DNA of 64,000 nucleotides from positions 1,280,001 through 1,344,000 of the forward strand of contig NZ_JAQNDL010000001.1 of assembly GCF_028368995.1 (NCBI RefSeq), written 5' to 3'. The stretch comes from Nannocystis bainbridge. Its GTDB lineage: Bacteria; Myxococcota_A; Polyangia; Nannocystales; Nannocystaceae. Below are positions 12,343 through 22,470 of the stretch, piece after piece. A model generated the notes under the pieces. That model saw nothing but the letters and a program-made list of their open reading frames with translations, was not told the DNA's origin and did not search any database. The translations under genes and the position numbers were made by a program. Positions within the stretch are counted from its first letter, which is position 1. Each line of letters starts with the position of its first letter.

Positions 12343-13434
12343 TCACGACGCCTCGAACATGTCGATGATCGCGCGAGCCTGATCGGTATCCGGCATCTCC
12401 GGCGCCTCGTACAGCACGTGATTCGCGCCGTCGACGACGATGCCAGCCAGCGTACCCGCGAAACCCTGGACGATCTCGACGCGCGGCGTCAGCGTCGCGC
12501 CGGGGATCGAGAGCTCGTCGATGCGATCCTCGCCGGCCCAAAGCGGATCACCCTGATGCGCGACGAACATGCGGCTGCCGTCGGGCGCGACGGCCAGGCC
12601 GCTCGGGTTGCTGATCCCGGTGAAAAACGGCGTGATGACGCCGTCGGCGGTGACCGTGACGATGCTATCGCTGTTCCAACCGGTCACATAGAGCGTCCCG
12701 TCGGCGCCGAACGCCGCCACGCCGAACCCGATGTCCGACTGCGCGAAGGTGGTGATCACGCCGGTCTCGACATCGATCGCCTGCAGAGCCGACGCGTTCG
12801 GCGCCGGCCTGGTGGTGGCGATCAGCTGGCCGCCGAAGCCACCGAAGCCCTCCGGCGCGACCGTCAGCGAGGTGACGGTGTCCTCGAACGTCAGGATCTC
12901 GTGGACCTGATCCTGATCGTCCACGGCGTAGAGAGTGGCGAAAAGCTCGGGGGGGTCATGGAGCCCCGTCGCGTAGTAGATGCTGTCGTCGCTCGCGCGG
13001 TAGGTCAAGGCCGAGGCCACCTGATAATGAATGTGCGGAGCCACGATCGAGACGGACCCGTCGTCCTTGTCGACGCGGTACACGTTCGAAGTCTCCTCGC
13101 CGCCGCTGACGATCAGGTCGCAATCGCCGTCGAACGCGATCTGGCCGTATACCGCCTGCCCCTGCCACACGACGATGGGGAACGTGTGCGCGGCGACGTC
13201 CCACGCGCACGCCTCGATCATGCACGTGTCGCTGCAACGGTCGCCCGACACCGTCCCGCCGTCGTCGCACTCCTCGCCCGGATCGACGTTACTATCACCG
13301 CATACACCCATGCCTGTGGCCTCACCGCCGTCCCCCCAATCGTCTTCACAGGTGAATCCCGGCCCGTGGCACGGGCAGGACGGAATGAACGAGACGACGC
13401 TACCGACCAGAATCGTGAACCGTAGCATGACCAC
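12343..13434 (-). CDS. Secreted protein with Myxococcus Cys-rich repeat and beta-propeller domain
   Basis: CGDSNVDPGEECDDGGTVSGDRCSDTC repeat; PSGLAVAPDG blades. Confidence 0.75.
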   Translation of the reverse strand: MVMLRFTILVGSVVSFIPSCPCHGPGFTCEDDWGDGGEATGMGVCGDSNVDPGEECDDGGTVSGDRCSDTCMIEACAWDVAAHTFPIVVWQGQAVYGQIAFDGDCDLIVSGGEETSNVYRVDKDDGSVSIVAPHIHYQVASALTYRASDDSIYYATGLHDPPELFATLYAVDDQDQVHEILTFEDTVTSLTVAPEGFGGFGGQLIATTRPAPNASALQAIDVETGVITTFAQSDIGFGVAAFGADGTLYVTGWNSDSIVTVTADGVITPFFTGISNPSGLAVAPDGSRMFVAHQGDPLWAGEDRIDELSIPGATLTPRVEIVQGFAGTLAGIVVDGANHVLYEAPEMPDTDQARAIIDMFEAS

Positions 13435-13783
13435 CTGGCGCTCAGGCTGCTCGAGCTTTTACGGCGTGCATCCTCGTTCGAGACAACATGCGTCTTTCGT
13501 GCGTCTGGCACTCCTCGCCCGCGCTGTCCGCCCGATAAGCGCGGAGAGCGCCGATTGTACATAGGGCTCAATCGCAGGATCCACGCCTCTCGTATCGCCA
13601 GAACCCGGCGGCAACACCTTCGCATCCGCCGCCGCGCATGGCCGCTCACCGATTCGCCGAGATTCCCGCCGAACCCGCGCGGCGCGTTGCGGGGCCCCGG
13701 CCCGCAGGCTGACCGGGTAGCCCACCCACGGGACGCTCAACGATGCGCCGCGGATCCAGTCACGGAACTCGCGGTCCCAAGCC

Positions 13784-15121
13784 TCACGGCTGCGGGACCG
13801 CCGTCGAGGCAGGTGTCGCCGGGGGCGGGCTGGGCGACGGGCGCTCTGGCAGCGGGAGCGCCGTGCCGACCTGAAACAGCGGCGTCCCGGTGGCCTGATC
13901 GACCGCGAGCAGCATGCCCGGTTTCAGAATATAGAGATTCCGGACCGGCGAGTCCGGGTGTGATGCGAGCAGCAGCGAGCGGTATTGGAGCATATTGTCG
14001 TGAATCGAGTCCGTCGTGGCGGCCATCGGGCCGTGGTACATGCTCCGCGCCCAGGCCAGCGCGCCATCGCGGGTGATGGAGGCCACGATCTCGATCACCT
14101 CGTCGCGCTGCTCGACGCGCTTTGGTTCGAAGGAGTCCGCCGATGGGCGATTCTCCATGGTCTGGCTGCGATGCTCCACCATGTCGAAGAAGGCGTGCGG
14201 CCATGCGAGCTCGAAGCCGAGGATCCTCGGCTCGAAGTCGACCTCGCGGTTCATGACATCCCCTGAGAAATCGACGTGCCGCCAGCCTCCATCCTCACGA
14301 AACACCGGGTCGAAGGTCTTGAGCATCACCGTGCGCTCAGGGCCGCCGTCGCTGCGCATGTCGGAGCACCACGCGTTCCCCTCGCTCCTTCGGTTTATCT
14401 TATTGTACTTCCCGCAGACCTCCGGCGGGTAGGTTTCGCTGCTGGCGTGCGCGTTCTGCAGCGGGCTCATCATCTCGACGTTCTTGCGGGCCCCCGCCGG
14501 GAGGCAGTCCGGCGGTCGATCGCTGCGCCCGCTGGCGAGCTCGCCGGCGGCGCCGAGCACGATGCCGCCGTCACGGTCGTCCTCGACGCCGATCCAGAAG
14601 CCCTCGGCGATGCGGCAGACGCCGCCGACTGCCGATACGGGGGGCACCTTCTCGGGAAAGCTGCCGCGCTTGCGGAGAGTGCCGTCGGCGCTCGAAACGA
14701 GGACCCAGTCGCGCGACCAGGCGATCAGATACACGCCGTCGCCCGCGAGCGTCAGCGGGACCGCCGGGAACACCTCCTCGACACGCCATCCATCGATCCG
14801 CGCGAAGCTCGGGGGCTGCGGGTCAAGGGCGACCCGCCAGAGCACGCGACCGGTGGCCTCGTCGAGCTTCACGAGGGCACCGGCGCCGTTGCTCTGGACC
14901 AAGCCGAACAGCGAGCCGTCGGCGTCGCGCGTAGGGATCGAGGCCCACGTGTCCGGCAGCGTGACGGGCGCGGCGGGGAATGAGACGACGTCCCAGGTGT
15001 TGGTGACGGCGCCCGTCAAAAAGACCTTGTGGTCGTCGCTCGCGAAGAAGCGCGACGCCCCGACCGCGAGCACTCCCGAGATGGCAAGGAGGACTATGAT
15101 AAAAGTGCGCGATTTCGCCAT
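13784..15121 (-). CDS. Exported protein with PQQ-like propeller motifs
   Basis: N-terminal hydrophobic segment; LVKLDEATGRVLW and LLAVDQATGTPLF motifs. Confidence 0.65.
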   Translation of the reverse strand: MAKSRTFIIVLLAISGVLAVGASRFFASDDHKVFLTGAVTNTWDVVSFPAAPVTLPDTWASIPTRDADGSLFGLVQSNGAGALVKLDEATGRVLWRVALDPQPPSFARIDGWRVEEVFPAVPLTLAGDGVYLIAWSRDWVLVSSADGTLRKRGSFPEKVPPVSAVGGVCRIAEGFWIGVEDDRDGGIVLGAAGELASGRSDRPPDCLPAGARKNVEMMSPLQNAHASSETYPPEVCGKYNKINRRSEGNAWCSDMRSDGGPERTVMLKTFDPVFREDGGWRHVDFSGDVMNREVDFEPRILGFELAWPHAFFDMVEHRSQTMENRPSADSFEPKRVEQRDEVIEIVASITRDGALAWARSMYHGPMAATTDSIHDNMLQYRSLLLASHPDSPVRNLYILKPGMLLAVDQATGTPLFQVGTALPLPERPSPSPPPATPASTAVPQP

Positions 15122-15491
15122 CGTGAGGCCCTGCAGCGGGCGGGAAGCATAGCGAGTTCCCAGCGGCGCAGCGACCTGCATCGTGGTCTCGAACGTGACG
15201 GCCGCGCCGAGGTCGAGGCCGCGTATATGATGCTCGAGCGCAACGATCCCACGCGAAGCCGTCGCACCGTCGCCGCTGACAGGGGCGCGGGCGCCCGCCC
15301 AGCACAATTCGACATGCTCGTCACAGTGCGGTTCGGCGACAGCGCGCTGGCGAGGTCGCTTGCGCGCCTCGTGGACGGTGCGCAGCGGCGCCGGCGGCAT
15401 GGGGCTCGCCGAGGCGATGCGCGCCGGGCCGGCGTGGTTCCGGGCGGCGTTCGGCGCCGGCGCATCCGCCTGCCTCGACTTGGGTCGATGC

Positions 15492-15772
15492 TCAGTATAG
15501 AGCCGGGTTGCCCTCCTCACGCAGGAGGGCGCCGATCTGCCCCTCGCTGGCGTGATCGGTCCGCGCGAGGATCTTCCGCTTGTACGCGGGCGTGAACTTG
15601 CGACGCGTCGCCTTCTCGGCGGTCTCGGGGTCGTGGCCGACGACCTCGGCGTGGGCTCGACCCGCCAACTCGATTGCTCCTCCTTGCCCCTTTTTTTGAT
15701 GGTTTGGTTGCTCATGCTCTTGATTCACGGACTCGCCCTGCTCTCTAAACTTCGTGGGGTCCACGTCTCACA
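15492..15772 (-). mobile_element. Truncated IS3-family element (left end plus partial OrfA)
   Basis: DPETAEKATRRKFTPAYKRKILA...GQIGALLREEG resembles the IS3 OrfA HTH. Lower-GC segment begins TGTG. No integrase ORF follows. Confidence 0.7.
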
Positions 15773-16206
15773 CGATATTATGAGGTAGGGCGCTTCTGCG
15801 TCCGCTTCGTCGACGGCTACAACCATCACCACCGCCACTCCCGCATCGCCTTTCTGGCGCGGAGGGCGGACACTGGGACGGCATGGCCATCGCCGAGCAC
15901 GGTGGGTGCTCGGTGCGCGAGCCGGGCGTGAGCGCCATCGCCGAACCCGACCGCACGCGTGATCATGGATCGGGTGCGAACCGCCTGCGATCCCGTGGAG
16001 ATCACGGACCCCAGCATCACGGCGCGCCTGCTGCGCCGGGAATTGTTCATGATATGGCTGCCGCGATGCGCGGATACGGTGAAGGGCCCCGTGATTCGAC
16101 TGGCGATATTGCTATGCGCGCGAAGCGGAGCCCGATTGACAGCGTGCAATGACCGTGGGCAGTATGCGCCCGCCGAAGCGCCGCGGCGATCGCGGTCAGA
16201 GGTATC

Positions 16207-18600
16207 ATGACCATGCATCGTTTCTCACTCCGTGTCTCCGCGATCACCAGCGTCGCCCTGCTCGCCCCGATCTCCGTGACGCTCGCCGCGTGCGGCGACT
16301 CCGGCGGCTCGCCCGCGACGGAATCGGCCGGCACCGACACCGACACCCAGGCGGGGACGACGAACTCGACGACCGCGCCGAGCACCACCGCCGTCGAGCC
16401 CACCTCTACCGGCACCACCGAGGGCACCAGCACCACCGAGGATCCCTCCACCACCGGCACCACCGAGGGCACCACCTCCACCGGCACCACCGAGAGCCCC
16501 ACGACCGAGGGCACCACCTCCGGGACCACCGGCGATCCCGTGACGCCCGAGGGTTCGCGAGCCGTCCTCGCGCTGCTGGAGACGACCGATCTCCACACCA
16601 CGATCCTCAGCTTCGACTACTACAAGCTGACCGACGATCCCTCGTACGGCCTCGAGCGCACGGCGACCCTGATCCAGCAGGCGCGCGAGGCGTTCGCCAA
16701 CACCGTGCTCGTCGACAACGGCGACACCATCCAGGGGACGGTGCTCGCCGACTACCAGGCGCTCGTCGAGCCGCTCGCCTGCGCCGACACCCTGGCGATG
16801 TACAAGGTGATGAATCACCTCGAGTTCGACGTCGGCGGCATCGGCAACCACGAATTCAACTTTGGCTTGCCCTTCCTGTCGCAGGTGACGCATACGCCGT
16901 TCGACGTCGCCGACCTCGACCTCGCCGGCTCCGACGCGTGCGCCGGGCCGACGTTCCCGCAGCTGTCGAGCAACGTCTTCAGCGCCAAGACAGACGCCAC
17001 GCTGTTCCCGCCGACCGCGCTCCTGTCGCGCACGATCGCCGCCGTCGGGCCCGACGACGTCCCGGTCACCTCGACCCTCACGATCGGCTTCGTCGACATC
17101 ACGCCGCCGCCGATCCTCAACTGGGACAAGAAGTGGCTGGACGGCAAGGTCTACACCCAGGGCGTGCAGGAGACCGTGCCGCCGCTGGTCGAGGCGCTGC
17201 GGGCCCAGGGCGCGGAGATCGTGGTGGCGATCGTCCACGGCGGCCTCGACGATTCGATGTACACGCCCGCGCTCGAGAACCAGGCCTGGTACCTGGCCCA
17301 GATCGCCGGCATCGACGCGATGCTGATGGGCCACTCGCACCAGATCTTCCCCAACCCGGCCAGCAAGGTGCCGCAGTTCGACCTGCCGATGGTGGACAAG
17401 GCGGCCGGCACCGTGGCGGACGTGCCGGCGGTGATGGCGAACTTCTGGGGGCAGCACCTCGGCGTGATCAAGACGGGGCTCGTCTACACCGACGGTCGCT
17501 GGACGATCGACGCCGAGCAGACGATCGTCGAGGCGCGACCGATCGCCACCACCTGCGTGGGCGGCCTGCCCGCGGCGTGCGACGCCGAGCAGCGCTGGCG
17601 CACCGGCGAGCCGTGCGCCTTCACCGGCATGTGCGAGGCCAAGGCCGACGGCACCAAGATCTACGTCGAAGTCGAGCCCTCGATCGCGCCGCTCGTGGAC
17701 GCGGAGCACCAGGGGACGGTCGCGTACGTCAAGACGCCGATCGGCACCACCGACTTCGAGATGACGACGCTGTTCGCCGACCTCGGCGACGTCGGCGCCA
17801 TCCAGATCGTCAACCAGGCGCAGGCCGATCACGTCTCCGCGTACATCCAGGCCAACCTGCCGGAGTACGCGACCCTGCCGGTGCTGTCGGTCAGCGCGCC
17901 GTTCAAGACCGGCTTCGCCGGCGGCAACGACTTCACCGACGTCCCCGCGGGCAACATCGCCATCAACAACGCGGCCGACCTCTACCTCTACGCCAATACG
18001 CTCCAGGCGGTGAAGGTGACCGGCGCGGAGCTCCACGACTGGCTCGAGACCGCGGCGACTCGCTTCAACCACATCGACCCGCAGGTGGTGACGCCGCAGC
18101 CGCTGATCAACCTGTCGATGCCGGGCTACAACTTCGACATGATCACCGATCCGCGGGTCACCTACGAGATCGACGTCACCCAGCCTCTGCCGCCGATGGG
18201 CGAGAAGGCCAGCGGCCGGATCAAGAACCTCACGTTCGACGGCGCCCCCATCGACCTCGACGCCGAATTCATCGTTGCCACCAACAACTACCGCGCCAGC
18301 GGCGGCGGGCAGTTCCCCGGGCTGGACGGCAGCAAGACGATCTATGCCTCGCCGGACACCAACCGCGAGGTCCTGATCGCCTACATCAAGAAGATCGCGA
18401 CCCTCACCCGCCAGGACCACGGCTCCGCCCAGAGCTGGAGCTTCACCAAGGTCGCGACGATGGGCCCCGTGGTCTTCTCCTCGGCGCAGAACGCCCTGAC
18501 CTCAGCGCAGGACGCGGGCCTCGACAACATCTCGCTGGTCCAGCAGGACGACGGCAGCAACAAGATGCTGTCGCTCTACGCGATCGACCTCGCGCAGTGA
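16207..18600 (+). CDS. cpdB: 2',3'-cyclic-nucleotide 2'-phosphodiesterase/3'-nucleotidase, lipoprotein
   Basis: ETTDLH, DNGDTIQG, GNHEFNFG, GHSH, ADLYLYANTL, YNFD, ATNNYRA. Confidence 0.9.
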   Translation: MTMHRFSLRVSAITSVALLAPISVTLAACGDSGGSPATESAGTDTDTQAGTTNSTTAPSTTAVEPTSTGTTEGTSTTEDPSTTGTTEGTTSTGTTESPTTEGTTSGTTGDPVTPEGSRAVLALLETTDLHTTILSFDYYKLTDDPSYGLERTATLIQQAREAFANTVLVDNGDTIQGTVLADYQALVEPLACADTLAMYKVMNHLEFDVGGIGNHEFNFGLPFLSQVTHTPFDVADLDLAGSDACAGPTFPQLSSNVFSAKTDATLFPPTALLSRTIAAVGPDDVPVTSTLTIGFVDITPPPILNWDKKWLDGKVYTQGVQETVPPLVEALRAQGAEIVVAIVHGGLDDSMYTPALENQAWYLAQIAGIDAMLMGHSHQIFPNPASKVPQFDLPMVDKAAGTVADVPAVMANFWGQHLGVIKTGLVYTDGRWTIDAEQTIVEARPIATTCVGGLPAACDAEQRWRTGEPCAFTGMCEAKADGTKIYVEVEPSIAPLVDAEHQGTVAYVKTPIGTTDFEMTTLFADLGDVGAIQIVNQAQADHVSAYIQANLPEYATLPVLSVSAPFKTGFAGGNDFTDVPAGNIAINNAADLYLYANTLQAVKVTGAELHDWLETAATRFNHIDPQVVTPQPLINLSMPGYNFDMITDPRVTYEIDVTQPLPPMGEKASGRIKNLTFDGAPIDLDAEFIVATNNYRASGGGQFPGLDGSKTIYASPDTNREVLIAYIKKIATLTRQDHGSAQSWSFTKVATMGPVVFSSAQNALTSAQDAGLDNISLVQQDDGSNKMLSLYAIDLAQ

Positions 18601-18604
18601 CCTC

Positions 18605-19270
18605 ATGCGGATGACGCCGACCCTCGTCGTCCTCGTGGCCGCGCTGGCCCTGTGCCGGTGCGCGCGGGAGGAGAGCCCGGTGCCCGGCCCGCGCGAGGCC
18701 GCCGCACGAGCCGGGCTCTCGTCACACGACGAACACGCGCCCCACGACGCGCACGCGCCCCACGACGCGCCCGAAGCCGAGCTCGCGGCCCTGACGGCCG
18801 CGGCCGAGTCCGGCGATGTCGACGCGCAGGTGTCGCTCGGGCGGCGATACCTGAGCGGCTCGGCCCGGCTGCCCGCCGACGTGGGCCAGGCCCGGGCCTG
18901 GTTCCTGCGCGCCGAGGCGGCGCGTCCGGGCAGCGCGGCCTACGACCTCGGGCGCATGAGCCAGAGCGGCAAGGGCGGGCCGGCGGACCCCGTCGAGGCC
19001 GTGCGGTGGTTCGAGCTGGCGGCCAGCGCCGGCTCGGCCGACGCGATGTTCCTGCTCGCGGGGGCGGCCCGCAGCGGGACCGGCCTGCCGCGCGACGACG
19101 CCCGCGCGATCGCGCTGTATCAACGCGCCGCCGCCATGGAGCACCCCGAAGCCTTGCAGGCGCTCGCGCTCGCGTACCTCCACGGGGAGCTCGGCCTGAC
19201 GATCGACGAGGCCGAGTCACGCCGCTACATGGCCGCCGCCGGTCACGCGCTGCAACACCATCACCGGTGA
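18605..19270 (+). CDS. Sel1-repeat exported protein
   Basis: AQVSLG...A..WF..A repeats; signal peptide. Confidence 0.85.
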   Translation: MRMTPTLVVLVAALALCRCAREESPVPGPREAAARAGLSSHDEHAPHDAHAPHDAPEAELAALTAAAESGDVDAQVSLGRRYLSGSARLPADVGQARAWFLRAEAARPGSAAYDLGRMSQSGKGGPADPVEAVRWFELAASAGSADAMFLLAGAARSGTGLPRDDARAIALYQRAAAMEHPEALQALALAYLHGELGLTIDEAESRRYMAAAGHALQHHHR

Positions 19271-19564
19271 GCGCGCTCTGTCGGTGGTATGGGGCCCGCC
19301 GAGGTCGAGCCCGCCGGCGATGCCGGCGCTCGCCGTCCGTCACCGGTACATTTGGCCATGTCCTTGAGTACATGTCCCGACGGCCACGATGCCCCCGCCG
19401 AGGCCGCCGGGTTCACGGCGAGGCGGGCCAGAGATGGCGAAGGCCGCCACCTGCATCATCGCGCAATCCCCCCGAGGACCCCGAGGGCGGCCACGGCGGC
19501 CACGGCGGCCACGGCGGCCACGGGCGGCTTGGCGTGCAGGGCGCGGCCTGCTAGCCTCGGCGGT

Positions 19565-20674
19565 ATGACTTCGAATCCGCTTATCTCTTCTTCTTTCAAT
19601 AAACTCGATGTGTCCTTGGCGGCGCTGTTCTCGGTCTTGCTGTCAGGCTGCTATCCCCCGCTCGGTAACTGCTCGGCGACCTACGAGGACGAGATCGAGA
19701 TGACGCCCGAGGAATTCGCGGAGTTTCAGCATGGCGGCATGCCGGTCCTCGACGGTGACACGACCGCCGGGCCGACTACCTCCGCGGGGGCGACGGACGC
19801 GAGCACGACGGACGCGAGCACGACGGACGCGAGCACGACGGACGCGAGCACGACGGACGCGAGCACGACGGACACGACGGGCGGCGTCGTGCTCTCCGAC
19901 GAGGAGACCTGCCAGGTCGTCTGCCAGTCTGTGGGCGAAGAGCACGGAGCTCTGCGATCGTGCGAGGTCGCCAAGGCCCCCACCAAGGTGACGGTCACGT
20001 GCGTCTACCCGGCCTACTGCGAGGGCCGGCGGCACGCGAGCGTGGCGTCGCGGGGGCACGGGAGCGACGCCGAAGCGGCCGCGGCCTGGCTGGCGCGCGC
20101 GGCTCACGACGAGGCGGCCTCGGTTCACGCGTTCCATGCGCTCGCGCAGGAGCTGGCAGGCCTTGGCGCGCCGGCCGAGCTGCTGGCGCGCATCGATGCC
20201 GCCGCCGCGGACGAGGTCCGCCACGCCCGGGTCGTCGCCGACGCCGCGCGGGCCCGCGGCGCCGAGGTCACGCCGCCGGCCTGCGTCGCGGTGGCCGAGC
20301 GCGATCTGCTGGCGATCGCCGTCGAGAACGCGGTCGAGGGCTGCGTGCGCGAGACCTGGGCGGCGCTGTCGGCGGCCCATCAGGCCCGCTTCGCCGCCGA
20401 GCCTGCGATGCGCAGCATGTACGTCGAGATCGCCGCCGACGAGGCGCGTCACGCCGAGCTGGCGTGGGCGATCGACGCCTGGCTCATGGGACAGCTCGAT
20501 GTCGCCGGCAGAGCCGAGGTCGCAGCCGCGCGACAGGCGGCGATCGCGGAGCTGGACGCGTCGCTGCAGCGGCTCGAGGTGCCGGCGCTGCAGCGGCTCG
20601 GCGTGCCCTCGGCCGCGGTGGCCACGCGGCTATGCGCCGAGCTCGACGCGGCGCTGTGGTCGCGCGCAGCGTGA
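19565..20674 (+). CDS. Ferritin-like domain lipoprotein
   Basis: LSGC lipobox; EAASV, DEVRH, ENAVEGCVRET, DEARH di-iron ligand pattern. Confidence 0.8.
   Translation: MTSNPLISSSFNKLDVSLAALFSVLLSGCYPPLGNCSATYEDEIEMTPEEFAEFQHGGMPVLDGDTTAGPTTSAGATDASTTDASTTDASTTDASTTDASTTDTTGGVVLSDEETCQVVCQSVGEEHGALRSCEVAKAPTKVTVTCVYPAYCEGRRHASVASRGHGSDAEAAAAWLARAAHDEAASVHAFHALAQELAGLGAPAELLARIDAAAADEVRHARVVADAARARGAEVTPPACVAVAERDLLAIAVENAVEGCVRETWAALSAAHQARFAAEPAMRSMYVEIAADEARHAELAWAIDAWLMGQLDVAGRAEVAAARQAAIAELDASLQRLEVPALQRLGVPSAAVATRLCAELDAALWSRAA
19796..19870 (+). repeat. 15-bp tandem repeat x5 (DASTT)
   Basis: GACGCGAGCACGACG, five perfect copies in frame. Confidence 0.95.
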
Positions 20675-21001
20675 GCGAGGCGCGTCAGCGTGCTCGTCCC
20701 GCAATCGTCGAGCGTCGAGGCGCGACCGACGACCTCGTCGCCGGTCACGCCTCACGCGGTCGCGCCGACGATCGGCGACATGGCCGAAGAGCCAGCCGCT
20801 GCCCGGCGGGTGCGCCCGCGAAGGTCCACGACGTGGATGGCCGCCGGTGAACCACCGCGGGCCCCGATCGCCCGCTCCCTGCCGGGCACGTGCGTGAGCG
20901 ACGAGGCGAATGCGCGCATGCGGGCCACGAACGCGCGGTATGGAACTGGGCGACCCTCGCGCGGATTGCCTCGAGCGTCGCGCGCATGCAACGATGCCAT
21001 C

Positions 21002-21271
21002 ATGACCAGAAAGAGCATCGGCATGAGCTTCGTCGCGGCCCTGATCTCCGGGGCCGCCTGCGGCGGCGGGATGGAAAGCCAGGCCTGCAAGGACTACTTC
21101 GCGGCCGTCGAGACTTGCGCCGCCAAAGCGCCGGCGCCGAAGGGCGACATCTTGCGCAAGATGGCCGCCACTTCGAAAGAAGGCTTCGCCAAGAACAGCA
21201 ACCCCATGGCTGTCAGCGAGAGTTGCAAGGCGATGCTCACCAGCCTTCAAGCCGATCCAGACTGCAAGTAA
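21002..21271 (+). CDS. Small Cys-containing lipoprotein
   Basis: GAAC lipobox, four further Cys, 89 aa. Confidence 0.75.
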   Translation: MTRKSIGMSFVAALISGAACGGGMESQACKDYFAAVETCAAKAPAPKGDILRKMAATSKEGFAKNSNPMAVSESCKAMLTSLQADPDCK

Positions 21272-21417
21272 TTCAGCGAGCGAAGCGCGTGAGGCTCAGC
21301 GCCGGGCGGCGCCCGTGCAGCGCCCGCGCCGGCTCCGAGCGCGACTGGCACGCCCGGCGCCGCGTCATGGGCCCGCCGCGCTTGCAGCCCTGCCCGCGCC
21401 GGGTTACGAGCAACACC

Positions 21418-22302
21418 GTGCACGACCCTGTCCCCGCCATCGAAGTCGGCCCCGCCGATCGCAGCGACCGCCTCACCCTCGCGGACGGTCGCGTGCTCGC
21501 CTGGCGCGAGTGGGGCCCCGAGGCCGGCGCGCCCGTGCTGCTGTGCACGGGCGCCGGCATGAGCAGCGCGCTCGGCCTCGATCGCGCCGTCCTGGCGGAG
21601 CTCGAAGTCCGCCTCATCGCCGTCGACCGTCCCGGCCTCGGTGGCTCGAGCCCCGATCGTCGCAAGACCCTGTTCAGCGTCGCCACCGACATCGGCGCCC
21701 TGGCCGAGGCCCGCGGCCTCTCCGACCTGCGCGCGCTCGGCTTCTCGCAGGGGGGCCCGTTCGCCCTCGCGCTCGCGGCCGGCGAGGTCGTGCGCGCCGC
21801 GTCGATCGTCTCCGGCCAGGACGAGCTGGGGCACCCGGATATCTACAAACAGCTCCCGGCCGAGGTCGCGGTCATGGTCGACGCGGCCCGCACCGACCCC
21901 GCCCGCCTCGAGGCCGACATCGCCGCGATCGCCAGCGCCGAATGGCTGACGACCATGACGCGGGTGATGAGCAGCGACATCGACCGCGCCGCGTACGAGC
22001 GGCCGCCGTTCGCCGAATTTTATCGTCAGAGCCTGGTCGAAGGTTTTCAGCAGGGGCCCGCCGGCTACGCCCGCGACCTCGCCATCGCCATGGCGCCGTG
22101 GCCGTTCACCGTCGAGGACATCACCGTGCCCGTACACCTGTGGTACGGCACGCACGACATCAGCCCGGTGCATTCGCCCGACCACGGCCGCACCCTCGCT
22201 CGCCGCCTCGACGATGCTCCGCATCTGATCGATCCGGAGGCAGGCAGCGCGGTGCTCTGGACCCGCACCCGCGACATCCTCGACGCCTTGCTGGCCGAGT
22301 GA
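21418..22302 (+). CDS. Alpha/beta fold hydrolase
   Basis: LADGRVLAWREWG, DRPGLGGS, GFSQGG nucleophile elbow; start uncertain. Confidence 0.85.
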   Translation: MHDPVPAIEVGPADRSDRLTLADGRVLAWREWGPEAGAPVLLCTGAGMSSALGLDRAVLAELEVRLIAVDRPGLGGSSPDRRKTLFSVATDIGALAEARGLSDLRALGFSQGGPFALALAAGEVVRAASIVSGQDELGHPDIYKQLPAEVAVMVDAARTDPARLEADIAAIASAEWLTTMTRVMSSDIDRAAYERPPFAEFYRQSLVEGFQQGPAGYARDLAIAMAPWPFTVEDITVPVHLWYGTHDISPVHSPDHGRTLARRLDDAPHLIDPEAGSAVLWTRTRDILDALLAE

Positions 22303-22470
22303 TTCCCGGGCGTCGGTGTATCGGCATCAGGTAGTACCTGGACCGAGGCCCCGGAGAATCGGGCGCTGCGAGGCGAGCCGTCGTCATGCTGCACGAGGCT
22401 TGTCGCGAGCGGGCCGTCGCGGCATGTTCCTGCGTGCTGAGCTCCGCGCTCTCGAGCTCGAGGAGGATCG

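Noticed and set aside
15780-16200. Short ORFs next to the IS remnant
   Set aside because: No recognisable motif and weak codon bias; possibly decayed sequence.
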